Notes: generated by a model not told the origin, from the letters alone. A stretch of 64,000 nucleotides of DNA from a virus (IMGVR_UViG_3300021959_007005), one strand, 5' to 3'. Positions 35,144-44,740 are shown, numbered from the stretch's first letter. Made by a program: numbers and translations.

Positions 35144-37976
35144 TGTATTGTTCCCTTACCATTTTTTTATGTAGTTCATCACTTGCACCATTAAAAAATC
35201 TAGCACTAGGGTTATCCCAAACCTTCTGGTCAGTGTATATCCCTTCAGAACTATACCAATCGTTATTAGTTGGCATTTGCGGCTGTATGTATTGACGGAA
35301 GCTAGGATTGTACCCTAGTAGTGCTGCCTGTGCATCTTCACTGTCATCACCTGCTAGTGCTTTTTCAACTAGATCGTCTTCTAGTTGCTGTTGTTCTAAC
35401 AAATCTTCTGGACTAACTTCGTCTAACGGTTCTCCCATTTCATTTGCTTCTTCTAATGCTCGCTTTGTCATATCAATTATAAATGCGTTTATTTCTGCTG
35501 CAATTATACTTGATATCTCCGCTGCTACAGTTGCATCTATATTGCCGCCAAAGGAATATGTTGACTCCTGAGTTTGTCCGTAATCAGCTGCGCCTGTAAC
35601 ATCTACTGTAGAAACCCCTGTGCCTGCAAGCATTTCTGTAGATGTTCCAGAATTGAGAGCAGCGATGCCGCTGTCTCCCTGTTGTAGTGTTGTTTGTCCT
35701 GTGCTAAAGTTTTGCATAGAACTATTACTACCTGTTGTGAATGATGTTTGTGATCCTGTTGACCCTCCTTCGCTTGTTGACCCTCCTCCGTTATTGTTAG
35801 CAAAGTCGCTACTACTTTGTCCTGTATCTTGTCCTGTATCTTGACTAGCGCCACTATTGTTAGCACTTGAACCTGCATTTCCTGTATTACTATTTTCAGT
35901 ACTTCCAGTATTCTGTGCTGTACTATTTGCACTGTTGCCTGCACTATATCCACCTGTGCTAGATTGTGTACTCTGTTGTGCTTGTGTTGACGCCACTTGT
36001 TCTGCTGCTTTAGTTGTGGTACTTGCAATATTAAGTGCTCTAGTTTTTACACTTGATCGTTTTGCAACAGTTGCAATTGGAGATTCTACTGTTTCTTCTT
36101 CAATTACTTCTTCTTCAATTACTTCTTCTGTAATTTCCTCAATAGTTTCTTCTACTAATTCTTCTTCAATAACTTCTTCTATAGTTTCTTCAACTGTAGC
36201 TTCTGTTTCCTCTACAATTGGCTCTTCTACAATTGACTCTTCAAACGCTTCAACTGTCTCTGTAAACGTTTCTACTTCAGTAAATTCTTCTACAGGATCT
36301 GTAAATATTTCTACAGGCTCTGTAAATTCTTCTTGCGTGTCAACTACACCTGTTGACTGTTCTACGTCAACACCCGTTGACTGTTCTACATCAACACCTG
36401 TAGTTGCTTGTACATCTTCGCCTGTGCTTATATCAACAATAGGATCTTCGTATGTTTCTTCTGGAACAGGCGGCTCACTAAAATCTTGTTGTCCTGTTTG
36501 TTCTTCAATGTCAATACCAGTAGTTGCTTCTAGGTCAACACCGGTGGCTGCTTCAACATCAATACCTGTTGTGTTTTGAATGTCTACTCCTGAATTAGTA
36601 TCTACCATTCCGGTGCTTTGATCTACTGGATCGCTTGTCCCTGTAAATGTTTCTGGTTCAGGGTTTCCTGCATCTGACCCGTCATCCTGTCCGTCACTAG
36701 ACTGTGTACTTGGATCATCATAAGTCTCAGGAGTTGGTTCAATATATCCTGGACACATATTACTACTCTGTGCATCCATTCTACATTGTTCATCAAACTG
36801 TTGCTGTTGATATGCATCATCATAACCGTCACAACTTGAGTCATACAACGGATCTGCTGAACACTGTTGTTGTGTGTATGCTTGTTGATATCCAGCACAC
36901 GATTCGTCATACAATGGATCGTTTGCACACTGTTGATCAGTATATGCTTGTTGATATCCGCTACAACTTGAATCGTATAACGGATCTTGTGAACACTGCT
37001 GATCAGTATATGCCTGTTCATAGCCACTGCAACTTGAATCATACAATGGATCGTTTGCACACTGTTGGTTTGTGTATGCTTGTTCATAACCACTGCAACT
37101 CGAATCGTAAAGAGGATCGTTCGAACATTGTTGGTCAGTATATGCTTGTTGATAGCCCGGACATTGATCTGAACTTAACGGGTCTGAATTACAAGCTGCC
37201 GCAAAGTCATCAGCTGCACCGTAATCGTAGTTAGGATCAAATGGATCTGCTCCTTCTCTGATTGCATATGCGAATGTCATTTTCATTCCACGCACACCAC
37301 TGCCTTCGCCGTTGCCTTCCATAGTCATTTCTACATACCAGTCATCTTCCACTGTAAAAAATCCTGGTGGAGGATGATCTACATCAAAGCCTGTCCAGTC
37401 TGCAAAAGATTGATTAGCATAGCTGTATTCAGAACTATATATTAATCCGTCTTCCCAATCGCCTTCATGTGTTTGACCTGTGGTGCCATTATTACTAGGA
37501 CCCCAAATTTTAACAGTAAGTATTAAGTTACTACTAGCATCAGGTTTCTTAACTTCCCATTCGTAACCAAAGCCTCTAAATTGTGTTGTAAGGCCAGCTT
37601 GCTGTAGTGCTTCATTAATAGCAAATGTAGATTTAATAATTTTATTACTAAGAGTGTCTGCGGAAAATGTATAGGAACCGTCTGTTGAAGAATATACTGC
37701 TACAGGATTACCATCTGAGTCGTAGCTCATAGTTTCATCAACGATATAACCTACGTTGCCATTCATGTCAAGTGTTGTACACTCTAATGTATCGCTTTCT
37801 GTGTTTTGGTATTTTCTGCCGTCGCGGTTTGATATCATTGCTGAGCCGCTGCCTGTGCCTGTGTAAGTTGTTACAGCACAGTTAGATGCTGGTGTAGGAT
37901 CTGCTAGGCTTTCGTTAGAGTAAAAGAAGAAGCAAGATGCCAGCGCCAGCGCCTTTAAGCATGTTGTTAGTTGCAC
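35136..37976 (-). CDS. 946-aa secreted acidic protein with Cys-repeat domain
   Basis: Signal peptide; C-x2-DPLYDSSC-x-GY repeats; E-rich and S/T-rich linkers. Confidence 0.75.
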   Translation of the reverse strand: MQLTTCLKALALASCFFFYSNESLADPTPASNCAVTTYTGTGSGSAMISNRDGRKYQNTESDTLECTTLDMNGNVGYIVDETMSYDSDGNPVAVYSSTDGSYTFSADTLSNKIIKSTFAINEALQQAGLTTQFRGFGYEWEVKKPDASSNLILTVKIWGPSNNGTTGQTHEGDWEDGLIYSSEYSYANQSFADWTGFDVDHPPPGFFTVEDDWYVEMTMEGNGEGSGVRGMKMTFAYAIREGADPFDPNYDYGAADDFAAACNSDPLSSDQCPGYQQAYTDQQCSNDPLYDSSCSGYEQAYTNQQCANDPLYDSSCSGYEQAYTDQQCSQDPLYDSSCSGYQQAYTDQQCANDPLYDESCAGYQQAYTQQQCSADPLYDSSCDGYDDAYQQQQFDEQCRMDAQSSNMCPGYIEPTPETYDDPSTQSSDGQDDGSDAGNPEPETFTGTSDPVDQSTGMVDTNSGVDIQNTTGIDVEAATGVDLEATTGIDIEEQTGQQDFSEPPVPEETYEDPIVDISTGEDVQATTGVDVEQSTGVDVEQSTGVVDTQEEFTEPVEIFTDPVEEFTEVETFTETVEAFEESIVEEPIVEETEATVEETIEEVIEEELVEETIEEITEEVIEEEVIEEETVESPIATVAKRSSVKTRALNIASTTTKAAEQVASTQAQQSTQSSTGGYSAGNSANSTAQNTGSTENSNTGNAGSSANNSGASQDTGQDTGQSSSDFANNNGGGSTSEGGSTGSQTSFTTGSNSSMQNFSTGQTTLQQGDSGIAALNSGTSTEMLAGTGVSTVDVTGAADYGQTQESTYSFGGNIDATVAAEISSIIAAEINAFIIDMTKRALEEANEMGEPLDEVSPEDLLEQQQLEDDLVEKALAGDDSEDAQAALLGYNPSFRQYIQPQMPTNNDWYSSEGIYTDQKVWDNPSARFFNGASDELHKKMVREQYND
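36742..37193 (-). repeat. Coding tandem repeat, 66-bp / 22-aa period, 7 units including degenerate ends
   Basis: QQAYTDQQCANDPLYDSSCSGY with synonymous divergence between units. Confidence 0.9.
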
Positions 37977-39147
37977 GTTCTTTGTCCTCTTCAGTCTGCA
38001 CTGCTACAGGTTGTTTTTCTGGATTAGCTGCCCATTTGTCTTTTGCTTCTTGACCTATTGAGCCATCGAATGGGCAAGGTGTTCCTGCCATTTCCATTGA
38101 ACGATAAACCCGTTCGTCTTGACAGAGTAAGCTAACTGCCGCGACCTTCATGCCCATGTTATATAATGTCTTAGAAAGTTTTAAAGCTTCACAGTTCATA
38201 TCTCTTACATGTGTTCCGCCTGCAATACCTACAATTTGTGTTTGCACTGCACCACTAATACTAGTTGTACAAGTGTCATTGCCGCCAGCATTTACTGTAG
38301 GAGCAATAGCACTCGGGGGAGGAGCTTCTATCTTTTGTGTAATAGTGCTGTTGTTATTGTTATTGTTTGTATTAGTGTTGTCACTAGTACTGTCAACAGT
38401 AGTTTCATTTGTATTGTTATTTGTATTGTTGTTTGTATTGGTGTTGGTATTTGTGTTAGTATTGTTATTCGTGTTTGTATTATTACTAGTACTATTAACA
38501 GTTTGGTCTACAGTACTATTATTAGTGCTGTTTACAGTTTGATTAACAGTGCTTGTATTCGTGTTGGTATTATTGTTAGTGTTCGTATTGTTCGTACCAC
38601 CACTTATAACATTGTTATTAGTATTAGTTGCTGTACTATTAACAGTTGTATTGTTGGTATTGTTGTTTGTATTGGTATTCGTGCTTGTGTTCGTATTAGT
38701 ATTGTTCGTGCCACCGCTTAAAACATTATTATTAGTGTTCGTATTTGTATTATTGGTACCACCGCTTAAAACATTATTATTAGTGTTCGTATTTGTATTA
38801 GTACCAGTATACGTTGTGGTGTTGTTGTTGGTATTTGTGTTGGTGTTGTTATTCGTATTTGTATTAGTACCAGTATACGTTGTGGTGTTGTTGTTTGTAT
38901 TCGTATTGGTATTTGTATTATTATTAGTATTTGTGTTAGTTGTTCCACCACTCATAACTGTATTGTTATTATTTGTATTAGTATTTGTACTATTCACAGT
39001 GCTAGTGCTAGTAGTTGTACTATCAGTTTCTACGTAACTTGTATCATCAAAGTTACCATCAGCATCGTTTGCCACTTGTGCTGATACACTCGATGCTATC
39101 ATCCACAGTAACGCCGCTAAGATGGTGGTCTTTAAAAAAAACTTCAT
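37915..39147 (-). CDS. Secreted Asn/Thr-repeat protein with Cys-rich C-terminal domain and TM tail
   Basis: Signal peptide from ATG 39147; NTNTNNN tracts; APPPSAIAP...C...C...C...CP. Confidence 0.75.
   Translation of the reverse strand: MKFFLKTTILAALLWMIASSVSAQVANDADGNFDDTSYVETDSTTTSTSTVNSTNTNTNNNNTVMSGGTTNTNTNNNTNTNTNTNNNTTTYTGTNTNTNNNTNTNTNNNTTTYTGTNTNTNTNNNVLSGGTNNTNTNTNNNVLSGGTNNTNTNTSTNTNTNNNTNNTTVNSTATNTNNNVISGGTNNTNTNNNTNTNTSTVNQTVNSTNNSTVDQTVNSTSNNTNTNNNTNTNTNTNTNNNTNNNTNETTVDSTSDNTNTNNNNNNSTITQKIEAPPPSAIAPTVNAGGNDTCTTSISGAVQTQIVGIAGGTHVRDMNCEALKLSKTLYNMGMKVAAVSLLCQDERVYRSMEMAGTPCPFDGSIGQEAKDKWAANPEKQPVAVQTEEDKERATNNMLKGAGAGILLLLLL
38340..39010 (-). repeat. Low-complexity coding repeat (NTNTNNN); ends approximate
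   Basis: Repeated gtatt/gttgtt units. Confidence 0.85.
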
Positions 39148-39204
39148 GAATTTCCCCAGTTGTATGTATCTAGCACATATTCTCACTACAGTATTTATCG
39201 ATCA

Positions 39205-39224
39205 GGTGTTAAAATTTTAACACC
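39205..39224. promoter_or_regulatory. Perfect 20-bp palindrome between divergent late promoters
   Basis: GGTGTTAAAATTTTAACACC; TAAATA on minus 39192-39197, TATAAATA on plus 39236-39243. Confidence 0.6.
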
Positions 39225-39248
39225 AGTTAACTATGTATAAATAGTTTT

Positions 39249-39491
39249 ATGAAATCACAACAAATGGAAGAACAAGATACATTTTTTGAATTGTTTGAGA
39301 CTTGGACAGAAGCATTACCTGTACCAGAAGAATATTGTTTAGACAATGATGTTGATGATTTTATTATTGATAAAATAAAAGATGCATTATTGGAGCATAA
39401 TGGAAATCAAACAAAAGCAAGCAAGTGCTTGGGTATTAAGCGTACTACACTAATTGCTAAGTGTAAAAAATTAAATATTTTTAGCCTTTAA
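39249..39491 (+). CDS. Fis-family HTH protein
   Basis: IKDALLEHNGNQTKASKCLGIKRTTLIAKCKK. Confidence 0.85.
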   Translation: MKSQQMEEQDTFFELFETWTEALPVPEEYCLDNDVDDFIIDKIKDALLEHNGNQTKASKCLGIKRTTLIAKCKKLNIFSL

Positions 39492-39651
39492 TATCTACAT
39501 AAACGCATTCTATTGTTTCAGATTTGTCGTTTACCATAACTGATGCTTTTTTTAAGTTTACTGTACACAGTGTTTCAGCTGTAAACGTATCTAAATGATG
39601 ATACCTTACACCTTGATCTTCCATGAATACAAACCACATTAATAACCACAT
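39481..39651 (-). CDS. 56-aa protein with hydrophobic N-terminus and Cys pair (not in ORF track)
   Basis: MWLLMWFVFM...FTAETLC...IECVYV. Confidence 0.55.
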   Translation of the reverse strand: MWLLMWFVFMEDQGVRYHHLDTFTAETLCTVNLKKASVMVNDKSETIECVYVDIKG

Positions 39652-39652
39652 A

Positions 39653-40135
39653 TTACCATTTCCCTGTTCCCATACCTATTAACCAAAAAATAACAGCTAA
39701 TACGCCTGCGCCTACTGCTGCTATAGATCCTCCGACTATCCATTCAAGAATCATTTGTTTGCGTTCTTCAGCTGCATAAACTTCTGCTGCACGTTTCTTG
39801 CGCATTTGACCTTCCATGCGTACAATTTCATCCCAAGCACTCGGGCCGTAATAAAAGCTGATGTGCGTTTTCATTTCTTCACGCATTTCTTTTGCTTTTT
39901 GTTTATGTCCCCAAATTTCTAGAGCATTTTGCTCTATTTGACTTGCACCAAACAGTTTTTTGAACATTGGTGGATTTTGTGCTTGTTTGTGTGAAAAGTC
40001 TAAATCACTCATAGCAGTTGACCACTGAGAAAGTGTGCCTGCCATATCGTGCAGTTCTTTTCCTGTGTCTATTGCTGACTTAATTCCGCGATATGCGGCG
40101 GCCGCCATGCCAATGGCGCTTACTGGATCTATCAT
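39653..40135 (-). CDS. Conserved phage protein with C-terminal TM
   Basis: MIDPVSAIG...; GAGGAG RBS; minus-strand TAAATA at 40188-40193. Confidence 0.65.
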   Translation of the reverse strand: MIDPVSAIGMAAAAYRGIKSAIDTGKELHDMAGTLSQWSTAMSDLDFSHKQAQNPPMFKKLFGASQIEQNALEIWGHKQKAKEMREEMKTHISFYYGPSAWDEIVRMEGQMRKKRAAEVYAAEERKQMILEWIVGGSIAAVGAGVLAVIFWLIGMGTGKW

Positions 40136-40216
40136 GTGTTAGATCGAACTCCTCTGTTTAAAACTTATTACTCTGTACTCTCATTACTATTTATTCATTT
40201 TATTGTAAAAAAGTAC

Positions 40217-40243
40217 TTGACACTAATATGCATTGGTGCTATA
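40217..40243 (+). promoter_or_regulatory. Palindrome-spacer promoter, degenerate copy
   Basis: TTGACACTAATATGCATTGGTGCTATA. Confidence 0.65.
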
Positions 40244-40277
40244 CGTTACGTATCTTAAACACAAATGGAGAAATAAA

Positions 40278-40466
40278 ATGGACTTTAATACACTACAAAA
40301 CATCCAAGTCGAGGATGTCGACATGAAAGACTATCCAAAATTTTGTGATGCTTATATCGCGTCTGCTGAACATGCAGATGGAACAGAACTTACTGATGCT
40401 GAATTAGAGCTAGTAAACAGTGACTCTTCTTTCGTCTACCAAGAAATTCAAAATTTTATTTGGTAA
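40278..40466 (+). CDS. Early hypothetical protein
   Basis: GGAGA RBS; DYPKFCDAYI; start re-called. Confidence 0.6.
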   Translation: MDFNTLQNIQVEDVDMKDYPKFCDAYIASAEHADGTELTDAELELVNSDSSFVYQEIQNFIW

Positions 40467-40534
40467 AACGAAAAAAGTGTTTGACAATGGTTGCACCATT
40501 TGCTATAGATAGTGCAACCAACGGAGATGATGAA

Positions 40535-40714
40535 ATGACAAAGTTTAACATTATTTTAAACGGAACAACTACACTACCAACTGGTGAAGTTAAAACTTTT
40601 GTGAATGAAGTTGAAACTACAGAAGATTGTTATGGCAATGCAGCTGAGTTTGTTTGCCTTTATCAAGAGTTTTATCCAGAAATTGACTTTAAAATAGAAG
40701 AGGTAACTGTATAA
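40535..40714 (+). CDS. Early hypothetical protein
   Basis: Own TTGACA promoter at 40481; start re-called. Confidence 0.55.
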   Translation: MTKFNIILNGTTTLPTGEVKTFVNEVETTEDCYGNAAEFVCLYQEFYPEIDFKIEEVTV

Positions 40715-40802
40715 TGTTGGAAGCAATTAATAATTGGGCTATTAATACATTGAGTACTACAATGAGTTTAATTGTAGTGGCTGGTATATTGAGCATAATG
40801 TC

Positions 40803-41033
40803 ATGATATCAATTCCAGGGATTACACAGCAACAGAAAAAGTTGTTGGATATTATGTGGGATCTTGATAATCAAGAAGATTTATTAACTTGGTTTGACAC
40901 ACTTGATGACGATGAATTCCAACAAGCGGTTACACTTCATGAAATGATACTCATTGCAATGATGGAACACGATGATCGTGACAATTTAAACTTAGCACAA
41001 AAAATGTTAGCAGATATTGGAGTAGTATGTTGA
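40803..41033 (+). CDS. Hypothetical protein
   Basis: QQQKKLLDIMWDLD. Confidence 0.55.
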   Translation: MISIPGITQQQKKLLDIMWDLDNQEDLLTWFDTLDDDEFQQAVTLHEMILIAMMEHDDRDNLNLAQKMLADIGVVC

Positions 41034-41554
41034 GCCGTTTGAAACTTATACTTGGTATATTTGCATTATCTATTAATGTGATGATACTGATAACTGTAAC
41101 TGCAATAGTGTCACTTCAGTGGAATGAAGCACGAGCTGAACAACGATTAAAGCATGTTACTTCTGATGACGTATTTTGTTTACAACAAAATATTTATTTT
41201 GAAGCCCGTAATCAGAGTGTGTTGGGACAAGTTGCGGTTGCTTGGGTTACTCTCAATCGAATGACCGATACGTCTTACCCTAACAGTGTTTGTAAAGTAG
41301 TTTGGCAAAATAAGCAATTCAGCTGGACCCATGACGGTAAAAGCGATAAGCCAGGTAAAACTAAACTAGAGCAACGTGCTTGGGAAGATGCTGGGCTTGT
41401 GGCACAGATTGTACTTCTTGATTGGGCTCGAGCAAATAATAGTCCTATTTCAGAAGCTATTATGTATCACGCTAATTATGTTGATCCATATTGGACAGAT
41501 TCTTACGTTGAAGTAATCGTTATTGATGATCATATTTTTTATGAAAAAGGCTAA
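41027..41554 (+). CDS. SleB/Hydrolase_2 cell wall hydrolase with N-terminal TM
   Basis: CLQQNIYFEARNQ, VTLNR, KQFSW, YHANYV, DHIFY. Confidence 0.9.
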   Translation: MLSRLKLILGIFALSINVMILITVTAIVSLQWNEARAEQRLKHVTSDDVFCLQQNIYFEARNQSVLGQVAVAWVTLNRMTDTSYPNSVCKVVWQNKQFSWTHDGKSDKPGKTKLEQRAWEDAGLVAQIVLLDWARANNSPISEAIMYHANYVDPYWTDSYVEVIVIDDHIFYEKG

Positions 41555-41664
41555 CCTTTATTTTATTTACAAACTTATTATATAATAATCCATACTTTTG
41601 CTAGATTGCATTCTATGACTTCTTACTATATAACGTAAGAGTAACTTAACAAAAAGGAAAGACA

Positions 41665-41853
41665 ATGCAAATTAACCCATTATGGATTATGTTCGCAGTA
41701 GTATTTGGTGGTCTGGGTATTTGGCTTATTGCATTAGATGCACTAATGCCAGGTTTCTTAATGTGCTCCGGTGTATTAGGTTGGTTGTTTATAGCAAACA
41801 ACACAGGTCAACTATGGATCGAAGATGAAGACGAGGAGTATGAAGATGACTAA
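41665..41853 (+). CDS. Small 2-TM protein with acidic tail
   Basis: Hydropathy pattern. Confidence 0.5.
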   Translation: MQINPLWIMFAVVFGGLGIWLIALDALMPGFLMCSGVLGWLFIANNTGQLWIEDEDEEYEDD

Positions 41854-42064
41854 TGAAATTATTATCTTAATGGTTGCAATCCCGGTAGTAGTTGCTATTA
41901 TAGCAATGTGCATAGATGTAGGAGACAGGTAATGGAATATCTAACATATGAATTGTTGCAAAGAGTTGCAATAGGGTTTCTTGTAGGAGTAGGACTAGGA
42001 TGTATGATAATGCAAGTGTCCGCACTAGTGTGGATGTATTGGGATATGTTTAAGAGTAAACGCA

Positions 42065-42295
42065 ATGGATCTTAATATCGCACTATCTAACCTAGCAGAA
42101 ATTGTAGTTTTAATTGTTGGTTTTGGAGTATGTGGCATAGTTTTTGCACATATGATGTCACTAGCAGATGTATCAACCAGACATGAAGATGATTATGAAG
42201 ATGAAGATGATTATGAAGATGATGATCTGTTTGAAGACGACGAGTTTACTGAAATGGATCGAGAAGACGAAGCTGAACTACAACGTATAGCATAA
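42065..42295 (+). CDS. Small TM protein with very acidic tail
   Basis: TM then D/E repeats; terminator at about 42303-42329. Confidence 0.5.
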   Translation: MDLNIALSNLAEIVVLIVGFGVCGIVFAHMMSLADVSTRHEDDYEDEDDYEDDDLFEDDEFTEMDREDEAELQRIA

Positions 42296-42363
42296 AGTAA
42301 TCAAAGGCACATCACTTGTGCCTTTTTTATTGACAATAATTATCTTTATGTTACAATTTATAT

Positions 42364-43083
42364 ATGCTTATGAAAAATAAAGAAACAATATTAACATTCT
42401 ACCAAAAAGATAATCCAGTATTCGCTGAAGTATTTGCTCCTCGAACTAAACTTTATCCAGATTGGTGGCGATCATTAAAAGAATCCAAATCAGACACAAG
42501 TCGAAGTTTACATGATATTGTACCAACTATGAAAACGTGTCCAGGGTTTGTTGACTTATTAAGTACTGCTATTGCTATACCTATGTGGAGAGAAATAAAA
42601 ATCACATATGACACTCGAATTAGGAAAATAGAGATAGCTGGTGTTAATACTGACCAAGAACTAAGTGAACAGGCTGAAACTCATCCAAGTGTACAGTATG
42701 GAAATAATTTTAGTGATAGTATACATTTAAAATTAAAAAGTCCTTGGCTGACAGTCTGTAATGATAGAACAGAGTTTTTATTGCTGGATGCAACTTGGCA
42801 TCGGAATGAATTTTCTAATTATACAGTATTGCCTGGGAAATTAGAATTTAAATTTCAACACTCAGCGCATGTTAATCTATTCATACCAAAAAGTAAAGAA
42901 ACTAAGACATTCACAATAGAGCCAGGAACTCCAATTTGTTATCTATTACCATTAACAGATAAAGATATAAATATTGAGATTAAAACAGTTACTTGGGAAG
43001 AATGGCGCAGATTATTTCGACCTTGGATATGGTTCAGAGGCGGCTATACAAAACTAAAAAAATTATTTGATAAAGGAATTTAA
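42364..43083 (+). CDS. Hypothetical beta-fold protein
   Basis: TMKTCPGF, LKLKSPW, PGTPI. Confidence 0.55.
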   Translation: MLMKNKETILTFYQKDNPVFAEVFAPRTKLYPDWWRSLKESKSDTSRSLHDIVPTMKTCPGFVDLLSTAIAIPMWREIKITYDTRIRKIEIAGVNTDQELSEQAETHPSVQYGNNFSDSIHLKLKSPWLTVCNDRTEFLLLDATWHRNEFSNYTVLPGKLEFKFQHSAHVNLFIPKSKETKTFTIEPGTPICYLLPLTDKDINIEIKTVTWEEWRRLFRPWIWFRGGYTKLKKLFDKGI

Positions 43084-43084
43084 T

Positions 43085-43666
43085 ATGCATCTATTTCCAA
43101 TACTAATTTATGACCATGTTGTTGGGTTCGAGGAAGGTCAAAATATACAGACTGAGGCAGAATGGTTATACGAGAAAGCCCTACAAACTGGATTTTCAAA
43201 ACATCCTGGCTGGGAGAAAAATACTCACAGTCTCAGTGATCCTACCTTTGAAGAAAATATATTACATAAGCATCGATGTTATCATTTAATAGATAAAATT
43301 AATGAGTGTGTTAAAGAATATACTGATCAGTTACAGTCAGTACATAATGGATGGAAAATTACATCCAGTTGGTTAACTAGTACTGCACCTGGTGAGTATG
43401 CTAGACTGCATGACCATGGAACATCAGATATTTCTGGCGTCTATTATATTAAAACTCATACTGATACAGCTGGTAACATTTATTTTATAAGTCCTCTCGC
43501 AGTTACAAGAGCAACAAATTTAATGGTCAATTCACCAAGCCAACACGATATGCCGCCAGGAGTGCAATCTTTGTATCTATTTCCAGGATGGTTACAACAT
43601 GGTACACGTATAAACCAATGGGATCAAGATAGAATTAGTTTAAGTTTTAATGTAGATTTTCTTTAA
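43085..43666 (+). CDS. 2OG-Fe(II) oxygenase-like protein
   Basis: LHDH..SDISGVYY, LFPGWLQHGT, RISLSFN. Confidence 0.8.
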   Translation: MHLFPILIYDHVVGFEEGQNIQTEAEWLYEKALQTGFSKHPGWEKNTHSLSDPTFEENILHKHRCYHLIDKINECVKEYTDQLQSVHNGWKITSSWLTSTAPGEYARLHDHGTSDISGVYYIKTHTDTAGNIYFISPLAVTRATNLMVNSPSQHDMPPGVQSLYLFPGWLQHGTRINQWDQDRISLSFNVDFL

Positions 43667-43672
43667 TAGTTG

Positions 43673-43699
43673 TTGACACCAAGACGTATTGGTGTTAGA
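43673..43699 (+). promoter_or_regulatory. Palindrome-spacer promoter
   Basis: TTGACACCAAGACGTATTGGTGTTAGA. Confidence 0.8.
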
Positions 43700-43738
43700 A
43701 CATGTATATAGAAACAACGTAACACGGAGAAGATCAAA

Positions 43739-44146
43739 ATGGCATATGTATCACAAGCGATGAAAAAAGAATTAGCACCAGGCATTAAAGCTGTACTGAA
43801 AAAGTACAAAACCAAAGCCAGCATTAGTGTTAATAATCACTCAACAATTTGTGTAAACATTAAGAGCGGTCCAATTGACTTTATTGGCGAAGCTAATAAA
43901 AAGAATATGGAGATCGCAGAACGCCGTGGAACACCATACTATGAAAATGATGGATACATTCAAGTCAATGATTGCTATCCTGAAACATACGGTGCCGCTA
44001 GTGACTTCCTAGTAGAGCTTGTAGCTGCTATGAAAGGTCCAAAGTACTTTAATAATGACGACACAATGACTGATTATTTTAGTCGTTCACATTACACTGA
44101 CATTAATGTTGGTAAGTGGAACAAGCCATACGAGTGTGTGGCTTAA
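43739..44146 (+). CDS. Early hypothetical protein
   Basis: MAYVSQAMKKELAPGIKAVLKKY...IN.GKWNKPY. Confidence 0.65.
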   Translation: MAYVSQAMKKELAPGIKAVLKKYKTKASISVNNHSTICVNIKSGPIDFIGEANKKNMEIAERRGTPYYENDGYIQVNDCYPETYGAASDFLVELVAAMKGPKYFNNDDTMTDYFSRSHYTDINVGKWNKPYECVA

Positions 44147-44159
44147 TAAGGAAAATTAA

Positions 44160-44375
44160 ATGAATCCCGAAGATAGAAAAGACTTTACAGTAGAAGAAAT
44201 ACAAAACAGACATGGTAAAACTAAATGGGCAGTAATGATAGCTAGTAAGTATACTCATAGTATCTGTCATACTTTAGATGATGCAAATAAAATGGCTAGT
44301 AACTTAAATCTAGATCCGTATCACTATGATCGTATAGTTAACAATCATCGTTCTAAGACTTATTATAATAGTTGA
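44160..44375 (+). CDS. Hypothetical protein
   Basis: AAGGA RBS. Confidence 0.5.
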   Translation: MNPEDRKDFTVEEIQNRHGKTKWAVMIASKYTHSICHTLDDANKMASNLNLDPYHYDRIVNNHRSKTYYNS

Positions 44376-44425
44376 AAAATAAAAAGGCTGATTTCCTACC
44401 AGGGTTTTCAGTCTTTTATTTCATG

Positions 44426-44656
44426 TTATTTGCGTTCCCAGATTTGATATAACACCCAGATTGCGATTAAGCCCATTAGGCCTTCCGCTCCAAGTGAACC
44501 GAGCATACTACTAACATTTGCAATAACACTCACTTCTGGAAAAAATGGGATCGCACCAACGCCAAGTACTTCTACTATGATCATTAATGCCGCGATGCTG
44601 ATACCAAGATCAGCTAGTCCTCCGGCCCACGCTCTTACTTTATTCAGTATATCCAT
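44426..44656 (-). CDS. Small membrane protein
   Basis: GGAGG RBS; 2 TM; minus-strand TAAATA at 44702-44707; convergent hairpin at about 44375-44422. Confidence 0.65.
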   Translation of the reverse strand: MDILNKVRAWAGGLADLGISIAALMIIVEVLGVGAIPFFPEVSVIANVSSMLGSLGAEGLMGLIAIWVLYQIWERK

Positions 44657-44740
44657 TATATACCTCCTTTTTCAGTTAGATAGGTTTTAAACCTACAAGT
44701 ATATTTACATAAAAAAGGTGAAAAAAAGTGAAAAAACTGC

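Noticed and set aside
36742-37193. 66-bp tandem repeats as a CRISPR or DGR array
   Set aside because: In-frame coding repeats with synonymous variation; no unique spacers and no reverse transcriptase in the window.
33802-39037. Long plus-strand ORFs (e.g. 35857-36579, 38150-38542, 38209-38721, 38549-39037)
   Set aside because: Antisense shadows of low-complexity minus-strand genes (poly-V/L/F or S-rich), without RBS.
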